Assembly: GCF_001194135.2 (NCBI RefSeq)
Contig: NC_068992.1
Location: 41,814,357-41,852,630, forward strand
Source of the DNA: Octopus bimaculoides
Taxonomy: Eukaryota
Direction: 5' to 3'
Length of the DNA stretch: 38,274 bases
The translations under genes and the position numbers were made by a program. This document shows positions 1 to 11,110 of this stretch, one piece after another (within the stretch, counting starts at the first letter, position 1; each line of letters starts with the position of its first letter). The notes beneath the pieces were generated by a model. The model did not search any database and was not told where the DNA came from. It saw only the letters and a list, made by a program, of their open reading frames with translations.

Positions 1-32
<32 letters not shown>

Positions 33-50
33 ATATGTATGTATGTATCA
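1..50. repeat. (TA)n/(TATG)n microsatellite
   Basis: Direct reading of the sequence. Confidence 0.95.
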
Positions 51-949
51 ATGATACATACATTCTCACTAATATAATAGCAGAGTTATAAAAAACACCT
101 ACGTTCGTATCAAATTTTATGAAATATCTTCTAGAAATATCTGTCGAAAACATAATATATATTTTTGTCTGATTTTTCTATGGTTTCATTAATCAGCGGT
201 TTATCTTCAAGAATACGTCTTGACATGCTAACTGCAAGGCTGTAATATAAGAAACCATGAAAAGACAACAATTCCTACGAAAATAAAATACAAGACACAC
301 ACACACTCAGACATACACATGTGCATGCACACTCGGATATAAAGAGTATGAGAGAGAGAAAGAAAATAAATCAGCAATAATGAAAAAAGAGAAAGGAACA
401 AAAGAAACGAAAGCAAATTTATGTGTTTTAAGTGGGATGGAGGAAAAAATATGTATGAAATTTCTAAAATATACGATGAAAGAAAACAATTCGTGCTAGG
501 GAATATCAAAATAAATGTAAATATAATGAAATGATGAGAAGAGATATATAAGTAGAATAAAATGACAATGAGAAATATGCCAGAAACATAAGTAGGGAAG
601 GAGTATTGGAAAGGGAAGACCAAAGGATGTGAAGAATTATGTAAAGATGATTTTAATATTCAGACTGAGAGTAAAATATGTTGAGCGGGGTAAATTTTCT
701 CTGAAACGAATCAAAGAAAACAAACATTGTATTTTGAATATATTATTGGTTCTAATTTAGCCACGTGATCGGAATTTTTGAAGGATGTGGTTCTGCCAGT
801 GTCATAGACCTCAGTTTTAACTAACACTATAAACAGAAAGGGAAACATCAGGAAAAACACAATCCAATTTGGTTGTAAGTAAACAACTGGGGTTATTATT
901 GTTAATAACATAGGACAATAACTTCAGTTTTTGGGGGTTGAAATATTGT

Positions 950-1125
950 GGATCCTATCAATCAGAGTTTTTAAATGGTGTTATTTTATTTAGTATGGAG
1001 CAATTTTGAATCAAATATGTTATGGACTATACCGACGAGAGATTTGAACGGATTCGAATTCAAAAAGTGAAGAGCCGGAACGATCAACGTGAAGCATTCA
1101 ATCCGCATCCCGATGATTCAAAGAA
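950..1125 (-). mobile_element. Highly degenerate tRNA-derived SINE-like relic
   Basis: GAGATTTGAAC...GAATTCAAAAAGTGAAGAGCCGGAAC resembles the reverse complement of a B-box-containing SINE head. It is recognised from memory of mollusc SINEs, and no clean in-window partner exists. Confidence 0.35.
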
Positions 1126-1180
1126 TCGATTTACTTAATGATGGATGTATACTATTCACTTATACTTTTATCCCTTTATA

Positions 1181-1222
1181 TGTTTCAGCTCAATGAGACT
1201 ACGGTCATGTTGGAGTACTATC
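1181..1222 (-). mobile_element. Isolated SINE/CR1-type 3' tail fragment
   Basis: The reverse complement GATAGTACTCCAACATGACCGTAGTCTCATTGAGCTGAAACA matches the tail GGTGGTACTCCAGCATGGCTGCAC at 25262-25300 and the SINE tails near 30570 and 34055. Confidence 0.6.
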
Positions 1223-1932
1223 AGTGTCATCACCTTTTCAGCGGCCATTGTAATGCGATTTGCCTTTGGCGAAGGAGGGAGTTTGACAAAGCTGCCGTCT
1301 TTTAAGTTTTTTGCCGTGTTGTAGTTTCATCTGGGACTTTGGACATCAGGAGATGAACTCGTTTCTTGAAAACATCTACCACTACTCCATGGAGATCCAT
1401 CAGATATTTTGGCCAGGTATTGAATAGCTGTGGGTCCTTGAATCCCTGGATATATATATTTGGAATAAATCACAACCCATCAGATAGTGATTATTGACAT
1501 CAAATATAATATGATATTTCTTTCTAACTTCTTTAACAGTCACATATATGTTCTTCTCAGCATTTATGTCTCACGACAATAAATTACATAGCCGTGTTTC
1601 TTTTAAAATATCTCACCAATCTGCATAACTTTGATTCATCGTAAACCACAGTCAATTTCTTTTAAAATAGGATACCTGAATAATTGTTGGCCCGGGTTAT
1701 TAAATAGAGTCCGTTTGACACTCATACATACGCACACAAAGTTATACACTATCATTTGCTATTCTATTATATGGATTTCCATTTCAAAGCTTCCTAGCAT
1801 AATTTTTTGGATATCATGTAATGAGTTATAAAATATACTGATCCATATCCAATGAACCTTATATTTTACAGCTTGGTTAGCAAAACAGCAATTCCGTTAA
1901 ATAATAACAGTCAAAAGTGAATTCTACATAGG

Positions 1933-2150
1933 TACGAGGGGGTACTTAATAGTTCCTGCTTTAAGGGTGTTGCGAGAGATCTGGTTAGATGCCCAAATTG
2001 CTGAGTTCTTTGATAGGGCTGAGAAAAACAGAAGGATAGCTCTGATAAGTGTGTGAATTTAAGATGGGAATATGTTCAATAAAATTATAATCAACTGATG
2101 CTCCTGTATTTTCTTTTACCCAAATCCAGCAGCTTTTCAGGTTATCCGTT
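1933..2150 (+). mobile_element. Mariner-derived MITE, copy A
   Basis: It starts TA-CGAGGGGGTACTTAATAGTTCCTG, a mariner-type TIR. It carries the transposase C-terminal remnant DKCVNL..EYVQ* and a degenerate right TIR (CCAGCAGCTTTTCAG). It is collinear with copies at 3626 and 13674. Confidence 0.8.
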
Positions 2151-3625
2151 GGTTATTAGTTCAACAAAGGTTGTCTTCACATCGAGTTGACTCCATGGTC
2201 GTTGGTCGAAGATGACGATGTAGGCGACGGTAGATGCTGGTAATGACGTGCAGCAGATAGGCGTCTCCAACTGTGTTCGTGTTTTTGTTCAACAGAGATG
2301 ATATACACTAACACTCGCTTTAGGATTATAAGGTTTTATTGTAGTGTGGGTTACACATGAATTGCTTTGCATAGAGTTCTGTACAGAGATGTGTAGTGTT
2401 TGATAGAATTGTTTCAAGATAGCTTGAAATAATGACATTGAGTTTGGTCTATACTACTAGTGCACGTGGAAGAAGAATGTTCTTGTGTGAGAGTGGTCAG
2501 CGTTAGTGCGATAAAACAAAACAGCATGCCGGCAGTCCTTCAGAAAAGCGAAACAAGGACCTGAAAGGAACTAGATTGAACAATGGCGGCAGCCACATTA
2601 TATACAATCGGACGTAGCAGAGAACGCCTGTTCGAGAGAAAGCCTGTTAATTCAACCAATTACAGACTGAGTAGAGTTGTAAACTGACAGTGTCGTTTGA
2701 ACCCTCTCTGTGATCGAAAAATGCATGTTTGAACACATGCTAATACAGACATGCTATAGTCTTACGTTCAGTAGCGGTGCTAATGAAGACGTTAAGCCTT
2801 GATTTAATATGTTAAACTTATCTTTATTAATGAATATCGAATTATAAATAGATATATACAAGATTTACACAGACATAAGAGCAAGAACTTGTGACCCGCT
2901 CACGGACTGTTTTCTTAGGAAATATTTGCCCACTGCACTAAAAAGTTTCCCCACCTCTGCCCTAGAACATACGAGGAGGTGATGAAACGTTGTACGATGT
3001 GTAAGTTATTAACGGAAAACCTAAATTCATTGCAACAGTACATATCCTATTGTTGATTCCCTTGTACTCCACTTTTTATGATATATATTATGTGTGTTGT
3101 TTCACCAAGTTCTCTTCCTGCTTTCGCTAATTGTTTTCAACTTTTACTTATAAGTGACTCATTTTACAAACCTCCCTTTAACAAAACTATGTTTGATTGT
3201 GAGAATATTAATGTAGGAATTCTTAGTAGATTAACTAACTAAAACTGGTTTTCTTTCCACTAACTCTATTCGTACAACTCGAATAATATATATTGCAAAC
3301 AGCGCTTGCATATGGTCGAATTAGATTAAATTAGATTGATTAATTTTGAGGAATAACTAATTCAAACAAGTAAACGCATTCGAGATTGCAGCAGTGTGCA
3401 CACCTTGACAAGAACCATCAGAGGTCTCACAACAGAATTTGTATCAGCTTCTAATATTTATTGATACATCCAAAATGTGCAATAAAACTGAATATAGAAA
3501 TGTTTGCCAGGCTCATTTTTGTGAAATATACTGATCCGTATCTAATGACCTTTATATTTTACAGATTGGTTAGTAGGACAGCTATTCCTATGAATAATAA
3601 TATCCCAAAGCGAATCATACATACG

Positions 3626-3840
3626 TACAAGGTGTTACTGAAAAGTTCCTGACTGTAAGGATGCCGGAAAGGTCTGGTTTGAGGCCCATACTTCCGCGTT
3701 CCTGTGAAGGCCTTAGAAAATCTGAAGGACCGCTGCAATAAGTACGTGAATCTGAAAGAGGAATATGTTGAATAAAATCATAATGAACTGATCTTCTTGT
3801 ATTTTACTTTACCCAAAGCGTGGTATATTTCAGCATATAT
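3626..3840 (+). mobile_element. Mariner-derived MITE, copy B
   Basis: TIR TA-CAAGGTGTTACTGAAAAGTTCCTG. The internal frame reads ALENLKDRCNKYVNLKEEYVE*, resembling the mariner transposase C-terminus (L..RW.KC....G.YVE). Confidence 0.85.
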
Positions 3841-3852
3841 TTCTGTTTGTTA

Positions 3853-4100
3853 CTGCGTCTGTATGTATCCTCCATCACTACTTGACGACATGTGTTGGTG
3901 TGTTGATGTCCCTGTAACATAGCGGTTCGGAAAAAGAGAATGATATTATAAGTAAAAGGCTTTTAAAAAACAATTACTGGGTTCGATTCATTCGATTAAA
4001 ATATCCTTTACCTTTCATCTTCCGGGATCGATGAAATAAGTAACAGTTAAGCACTGGGGTGTATAGCATCGACTTACGTCCGCCCTCACAATTTCTCGCT
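3853..4100 (+). mobile_element. 3' half of SINE family 1, joined to a second SINE-like segment from about 4005
   Basis: CTTGAC...TGTTGGTGTGTTGATGTCCCTGTAACATAGCGGTTCGGAAAAAGAG aligns with the SINE bodies at 30440-30560 and 33930-34060. The segment after about 4005 (CCTTTCATCTTCCGGGATCGATGAAATAAGTAACAG) diverges from them. Confidence 0.65.
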
Positions 4101-5495
4101 TTCAAGTAACATTTGAAACCCACCTTTTGTATGGATTTATATACTGACATCAGAGAGAACAAAACTGTCTTTCTGCAATTGCTTTGAAATATAAGTGATG
4201 TGGAAATACAATCTATAATCATTAAAAATTTACATTCTGTTATTTATACATGCATTTGACTTCAAAATACTTAATGGAAAACGCTGCCATTTAAGAGATA
4301 ATTACTAAAATAGGCGTGATTAACATTGTAAGTAATACGACTTCAATATCATCGATCGAATAATATAAAAAAGATGGTGATATCATCGCAGCTGTCACAG
4401 AAAAGAGATTCGCTGTCAGTCACTACTTTTGCTTATAACTACTTTTAAAATAAAATCATTGAATTGACAGCATGAAACCAGAAGATATACAAACTAGAAT
4501 ATGTGCATATACAGGGCCGTTATAAAGTATTTGTGCATATATAAATTTGAAAGCGTTAGTTGTAGACACGAGAAAAATAATGTGAAAATTCTTTCAAAGA
4601 ATTTATAAAATATTACAGATTCATATTCGAGTTGTTAGCTTTCGTTCAACATTAACAGGTTTACATATAACACCCCATGGGCAGTTTTGAAACCGATACA
4701 TAACTCAATTATCCGTTAAATCATGTATTATTTTAATTGCCCTAGCACTGTCATATAGGTATACAATTAAAGGGGGTATATTTTTGCATACACCACGAAA
4801 TATAGTGGATGTAAAGAATGTCTGTTTTTCTTTTTTTTTTTTTCCTTTAAAAAAAGGAAGTAATTTTGCTTTGCTTCGTGGCTGTAAACTAGTTATCTCA
4901 GGCTTCTAAAATCCATTTCAGAATAATTGCGTGGTACGTGTATATATAGGAGGCTACAAAGGATTATGATAATATTATAATAGGGGTGCAAGAATTCATA
5001 TAATACTAGAATTCATTGAAACTATTAAAATCTTTATCACTATTTTTAGTATTTTTATCTTCACTATTTTTTTTTATAATGCATTTATTATTTGCAGGCA
5101 ATGAAATACGTTTTGTGCTCGGGATTTGCTTTCCATTGCTGTATACCTACTTCTGCAGCCCGTTGTATGTGTGTGTATATATATACATACATACACATAT
5201 ACATATAAGGTCCATAAATTCTGTGTGAGATGGGTGTCAAGAGCGTACCAAAGCCCCAAATCGCAGTTGTGTGAAGATATGTCAAAATTTATTCCACCGA
5301 CGCAACGATGAAAATGAGCCGTTTCGAAGAGAATAGTGACAGGGTAAGAGGTCTCAGCCTATTGTTTTGGGCCAGAATCCAAAGAACAGAGTATGGAGTG
5401 GAAATATCAGCCAGCGAAATAGACATATATATATATACACGCACACACACACACACACACATATATACACACATACACACATATATATATATATA

Positions 5496-5657
5496 GGTGC
5501 AGGAGTGGATGTGTGGTAAGAAGCTTGCTTCCCAGCCACATAGTTTCAGGTTCAATTTCACTGTGTGGCACATTGGGCAGGTATCTTCTACTATAGCTAC
5601 GGACCGGTCAAAGCCTTGTGAGTAGATCTGGTAGATGGAAACTGAAGGAATCCCGTC

Positions 5658-5658
<1 letters not shown>
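5496..5658 (+). mobile_element. tRNA-derived SINE family 1, 5' half
   Basis: A-box-like GTGGATGTGTGGTAAG and B-box-like GGTTCAATTTC are followed by the core ending GAAACTGAAGGAATCCCGTCG and then (TA)n. It differs from 6102-6264 at 19 of 163 positions. Confidence 0.9.
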
Positions 5659-5708
<50 letters not shown>

Positions 5709-6064
5709 NNNNNNNNNNNNNNNNNNNNNNNNNNNNNNNNNNNNNNNNNNNNNNNNNNNNNNNNNNNNNNNNNNNNNNNNNNNNNNNNNNNNNNNNNNNN
5801 NNNNNNNNNNNNNNNNNNNNNNNNNNNNNNNNNNNNNNNNNNNNNNNNNNNNNNNNNNNNNNNNNNNNNNNNNNNNNNNNNNNNNNNNNNNNNNNNNNNN
5901 NNNNNNNNNNNNNNNNNNNNNNNNNNNNNNNNNNNNNNNNNNNNNNNNNNNNNNNNNNNNNNNNNNNNNNNNNNNNNNNNNNNNNNNNNNNNNNNNNNNN
6001 NNNNNNNNNNNNNNNNNNNNNNNNNNNNNNNNNNNNNNNNNNNNNNNNNNNNNNNNNNNNNNNN

Positions 6065-6098
<34 letters not shown>

Positions 6099-6101
6099 GT
6101 A

Positions 6102-6264
6102 GGTGCAGGAGTGGCTATGTGATAAGAAGCTTGCTTCCCAACCACATGGTTCCGGGTTCAGTTCCACTGCGTGGAACATTGGGCAAGTATCTTCTACTAT
6201 AGCTTCGGGCCGGCCAAACCCTTGTGAGTAGATCTGGCAGATGGAAACTGAAAGAAGCCCGTCG
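6102..6264 (+). mobile_element. tRNA-derived SINE family 1, 5' half
   Basis: Same structure as 5496-5658, with B-box-like GGTTCAGTTCC. Confidence 0.9.
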
Positions 6265-6339
6265 TATATATATATTACAAATTGCATCGGGCTCTTCCTA
6301 TTGTCTTTCATCATCATCATCATCATCCTTAATTATAAT

Positions 6340-9300
6340 TATTATTATTATTAATATTTTCATTTTCACACAACAAATTAGACTAATAGAAAACAAAAAA
6401 TCCTGACATCGAGCTAAAGAACCCTCATAAGTACCCTAGCTGTCCCTAATAACATTGTTTTCTGCAGCTGTACTAAACTGCTAAACTAACTGCCTACTTG
6501 CTCTATTCATCTGTTCAGACCTTTAGGGAATAGGGAAAAGTCCCAATGCACCTATAACTAGAAGGATACATTTTACCCTCACTTTCTATAGTCGCTCTCA
6601 TTCAATGGCTAGGCCCTGGTACTTTGTTATTTTTTCTATACCTCTCATATTTGGACTGTAAAGTCAATTATCTCGCACACTCTATTCTCTTTATCTATTA
6701 CTACTAAATCAGGCCTTCTAGCTTCTATTACTTGGTCAGTTTGAATGTTAAAGTCACAACAACTTGTATTTCTTACTTTCTAATACTTTACTAGGTTCAC
6801 ACCTTTTATGAGTGTGTTCAAATACTCGCTTTCTACATAACTCCCAGAGGATATTTTCCCTAGGTTGTCATGTTTTTGTTTATTTTTTCTGTTCCAGCAT
6901 GCTACATTCATTTACTATATGAATAACACTTTCCGCTTTTGGTTTGCATAATCTGCATTGAGAATCTACTTGGTTTTTGTCTGTCCTGGTTTTTATCCAA
7001 TTATTCCTTAATGCTTGATCATGTGCTGCAGCTAACAAACTTTTTGTCTCCCTCTTCAGTTTTTCTTTCTGCAACCATAGTCATGTCTCACTACAACTAT
7101 TTGCTCCAACTACCTTTGGGTATCTACAATGTAACGCCTTCTCCTGCCAGCCAGATAATTTCTGTTCGTTTTTCTGTTTTTTTTGGTTTCTCTATGTCTT
7201 GCTGTGACTCTAGAGTTTTTTAATAAACCTTTTTCACTATTACCTACATAGAAATCTATATCAACTCTAGCTAACTCTGCGATGTCTTCTACTCTTCCGC
7301 CTTCCTTTCTAGGTTAGTATAGTTGCTACTCCTGCGCTTGGGTTGAATCCTGCATTCATATTGAGTTCTTTCCTAGTTATTCTGGCTAGCTTTGCTAATT
7401 CAGTTTTTGTCCAATCTAGAAAAGCTGCTGAATATGTTAATAATGATACTGCCCACCCCCGCCAACCTCCACTAGATTCAGACAATTTAGCTTTGACTTC
7501 ATTAACTCCCTCACCCTTCTGATGTACTCTTTCTCAATATTTGTTTTCATTTCTGTAGTTAGTACTCTGTCAGATTCTAATACTTCTAGATACTTATAGC
7601 TCTCTCCTCCTTTCAATGATTTTAATGTCTGGCCATCTGGTAATTGGATGTCTTCGCTGTTGACTATTCGTCCCATTCTTATGATTAATATTGCATACTT
7701 ATCTATGCCAAATTCCATGCATATATCTTTGTTGAAGAGATTTACAGTCTGTATTAAGGAATCTATCTCTTTTTCATTCTCAATAAAAAGCTTCAGATCA
7801 TCCATGTAGAGCAAATGGTTAATTTTTCCCTTACTATTTCTGAACTGATACCCTGCCTCTGCTTTCCTTAAAACTAAACAGAGGTGGATCAAATATAATA
7901 CACATTTTAAAGGTGACAACGAGAGCCCCTAGAAAATTCCTCTTTGATATTAACTTTTCCTAAGAATGTATCACTTGAGCGGAGATTTACTTTCCATTTC
8001 TCCATACTACTGCGAATTAATTCTGTTATGTTCTCTTCTATACAGAATATACTCAAAACATTCCGTTATCCATAAGCGTGGGATCATGTCATGTTTTTGT
8101 AATCTATCCAGGCTAGTGTTAGATTTTTCTTTCTAGCTTTTACTTCATTTAGAACTGCTTTGTCTATATATAATAAATCATGCGTTCCTCTAGCCTTTTT
8201 CGTGCAACCCTTTTGTTCTTCTGGTAGTAAACCCTGGTTGTTAAGGGTGCTCGAAAATGCTATCGGAAAACATTCCTGTTAACAGCTTTCACAGTAATGG
8301 TAAACAAGTGATTAGTCTATAATTGCTGGCCGTATTACCCTTGTTCTTATCTTTGATAAAGAGTATTGTTCTCCCTCTAGTCACCCAATCGATTATTATT
8401 CCTCCATTAAGGCAATCCTGAAGCCGTTTCCTCAGCTTCCCATGTAAACTACTGAATTTCTTTAGCCAGTAACCTTGAACTAAATCTGGTCCTGGGTCCT
8501 TCCAATTTGGCATTTTTCCTAACACTTTACTCATTAATACTCTAGTTAATCTTAGATCTGGCTGCTTCTCACTCACTACTTCTTCCCTCACTTTCTTTAA
8601 CCGTACTGCATCTCCATTATGATTGACTGGCTTATCCCAAATATTACTCCAGGACGTTTTAGCTTCTTCTGCATTAGGTTTCTCATCTTCAGTGCTTAGT
8701 TCTCCAATATTTATTTGGTTATAAAGTCTCCTCTGGTCTGTCTCAAATAATCTATTCTGTTGACACTGATCTATTCTTTTCTGATATCTGGGGAGCTTAC
8801 CTGCTACTGCTACGATACACTGTTTCAGCTCTCCTATTACTGTCCAAAATCTTTTCTCTTTGACTAGGTATCTTTTCTCTTTGAGTAGGTATCTTTTCTC
8901 TTTGACTAGGTATCTTTTCTCAAGGGTTTGAGCTTCCAGACTTCTATTCAACACAGATCTTGTCTTAAAGTCTTCACTTTAGTCGCTGGTGCTAGTTGTT
9001 CCTTCCTCATTGGTAGCGCTATTATTATTTTTCCTTTAGGTTCTTCTTTGGATTGAGCTGTATCTGTTACGTTGTTGATTGTCTTTCCTACTGCCTGGTC
9101 TTCCTTTCCAGTTCTCTTGTGACCACTTCAACCTCCAATTCTGTCATCCACTTACTTCTCCTAAAAGTATTGGCTTGATCAACTAATCTCTGCTCAGTCA
9201 CTTTAAACATACTCTTCTCTACCCAATTGTTAACATCCGTTTTCTGTAGCCCCTTGTTTTAGGTTCACTTTTTAGGTAGCACTGCATCACTATCCTGTTT
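6340..9300 (-). mobile_element. R4/Dong-clade non-LTR retrotransposon A (near full length, decayed)
   Basis: The N-terminal motif reads CYLKSEPKTRGYRKRM...EQRLVDQA (about 9170-9300). ORF 8289-8954 has QNRLFETDQRRLY, PNWKDPGPDLVQGYWLK and NYRLITCLP. ORF 7437-7919 has the RT motif HLLYMDDLKL and YKYL. ORF 6880-7074 has the CCHC finger CRLC..ESVIHIVNEC. The RLE reads RRPDLVVIDK..IIDF..KYQGL and ends LLGTARVLMRVL* (stop 6414-6416), followed by a short 3' UTR and (TAA)n. It has multiple stops and frameshifts. Confidence 0.95.
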
Positions 9301-9327
9301 TCAGGCCTCGTGCCTTTAGTAGAAAGG

Positions 9328-9456
<129 letters not shown>

Positions 9457-10835
9457 GTTCAGTAGTTTTATTTTTATAACGTGCTTTCACTTCACTACTG
9501 TGCGCCTTGGGTATGTGCTGTGGTTTGCTGTGGTGCTCTTATGTTTACTGTATTGAAAGTGTTTTGCGTAGAATGTGTGCAGTACCCAGTAGTGCAATTT
9601 TCTGTATGTTATATATATTTGTAAGTCCTGGTGTTTTCGTTATGCATTTGTCTGAATATTTTTTGTATTATNNNNNNNNNNNNNNNNNNNNNNNNNNNNN
9701 NNNNNNNNNNNNNNNNNNNNNNNNNNNNNNNNNNNNNNNNNNNNNNNNNNNNNNNNNNNNNNNNNNNNNNNNNNNNNNNNNNNNNNNNNNNNNNNNNNNN
9801 NNNNNNNNNNNNNNNNNNNNNNNNNNNNNNNNNNNNNNNNNNNNNNNNNNNNNNNNNNNNNNNNNNNNNNNNNNNNNNNNNNNNNNNNNNNNNNNNNNNN
9901 NNNNNNNNNNNNNNNNNNNNNNNNNNNNNNNNNNNNNNNNNNNNNNNNNNNNNNNNNNNNNNNNNNNNNNNNNNNNNNNNNNNNNNNNNNNNNNNNNNNN
10001 NNNNNNNNNNNNNNNNNNNNNNNNNNNNNNNNNNNNNNNNNNNNNNNNNNNNNNNNNNNNNNNNNNNNNNNNNNNNNNNNNNNNNNNNNNNNNNNNNNNN
10101 NNNNNNNNNNNNNNNNNNNNNNNNNNNNNNNNNNNNNNNNNNNNNNNNNNNNNNNNNNNNNNNNNNNNNNNNNNNNNNNNNNNNNNNNNNNNNNNNNNNN
10201 NNNNNNNNNNNNNNNNNNNNNNNNNNNNNNNNNNNNNNNNNNNNNNNNNNNNNNNNNNNNNNNNNNNNNNNNNNNNNNNNNNNNNNNNNNNNNNNNNNNN
10301 NNNNNNNNNNNNNNNNNNNNNNNNNNNNNNNNNNNNNNNNNNNNNNNNNNNNNNNNNNNNNNNNNNNNNNNNNNNNNNNNNNNNNNNNNNNNNNNNNNNN
10401 NNNNNNNNNNNNNNNNNNNNNNNNNNNNNNNNNNNNNNNNNNNNNNNNNNNNNNNNNNNNNNNNNNNNNNNNNNNNNNNNNNNNNNNNNNNNNNNNNNNN
10501 NNNNNNNNNNNNNNNNNNNNNNNNNNNNNNNCTTCATTAAATACTGAAAACAGTTTTTTGTTTTGCTCGTGTTTTGTGGCTATTTGTATTAGTTTCCCTT
10601 GCTTCTGGAGTAGGTATTTTTGCAGTCCTATGGTGGTTATTTTATAATAGTTTTCTAGCTGTATAAGACCCCTGCCACCTTCTGTGCGTTGTATATATAG
10701 CCTTTCTATGTCAGATTTTGGGTGGTGCATCCTATATCCTGTCATTATTTTTCTTGTTTTCCTATCTATTTTAGATAGTTCGTTTAGTGTCCAGTTAAGG
10801 ATGTTGTAGCTGTAGCTTATAACTGGGACAGCTAA
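9457..10835 (-). mobile_element. R4/Dong-clade retrotransposon B, 5'-truncated and spanning a gap
   Basis: AVPVISYSYNILNWT...IDRKTRK..HHPKSDIERLYIQRTEGGRGLIQLE (10532-10835) is the post-RT region. The 3' end reads IQKIALLGTAHILRKTLSIQ* (stop 9545-9547), then the 3' UTR runs straight into (TAA)n. (TAA)n also lies at the 5' junction. Confidence 0.92.
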
Positions 10836-10899
<64 letters not shown>

Positions 10900-11110
10900 G
10901 TCGTTACTGTCTTTGTTCTTGATATTGATGGTGACGGTGACAATGATGATGTTGGTGATGATAATGATAAAGATGAGATGAGAATGTTGATGCTGATGTT
11001 GCTGATGATAAATATGACACTGATGATGGTAATGATGATGGTAATGATGATGATGGTGTGTAGTCAACGATGATCATGACGACGACGATGATGATAACAG
11101 TGATGATACT
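10836..11110. repeat. (TAT)n followed by degenerate (GAT)n trinucleotide repeats
   Basis: Direct reading. This explains the poly-His/poly-Asn ORFs 10795-11067 and 10904-11203. Confidence 0.9.

Noticed and set aside
2150-2220. Minus-frame peptide QRPWSQLDVKTTF resembling the copia RT motif HQLDVKTAF
   Set aside because: It needs a gap to align, the frame stops shortly after, and no other copia motif is nearby, so it is probably chance.
2970-2991. Mariner-like TIR TACGAGGAGGTGATGAAACGTT
   Set aside because: There is no convincing partner TIR or MITE body after it.
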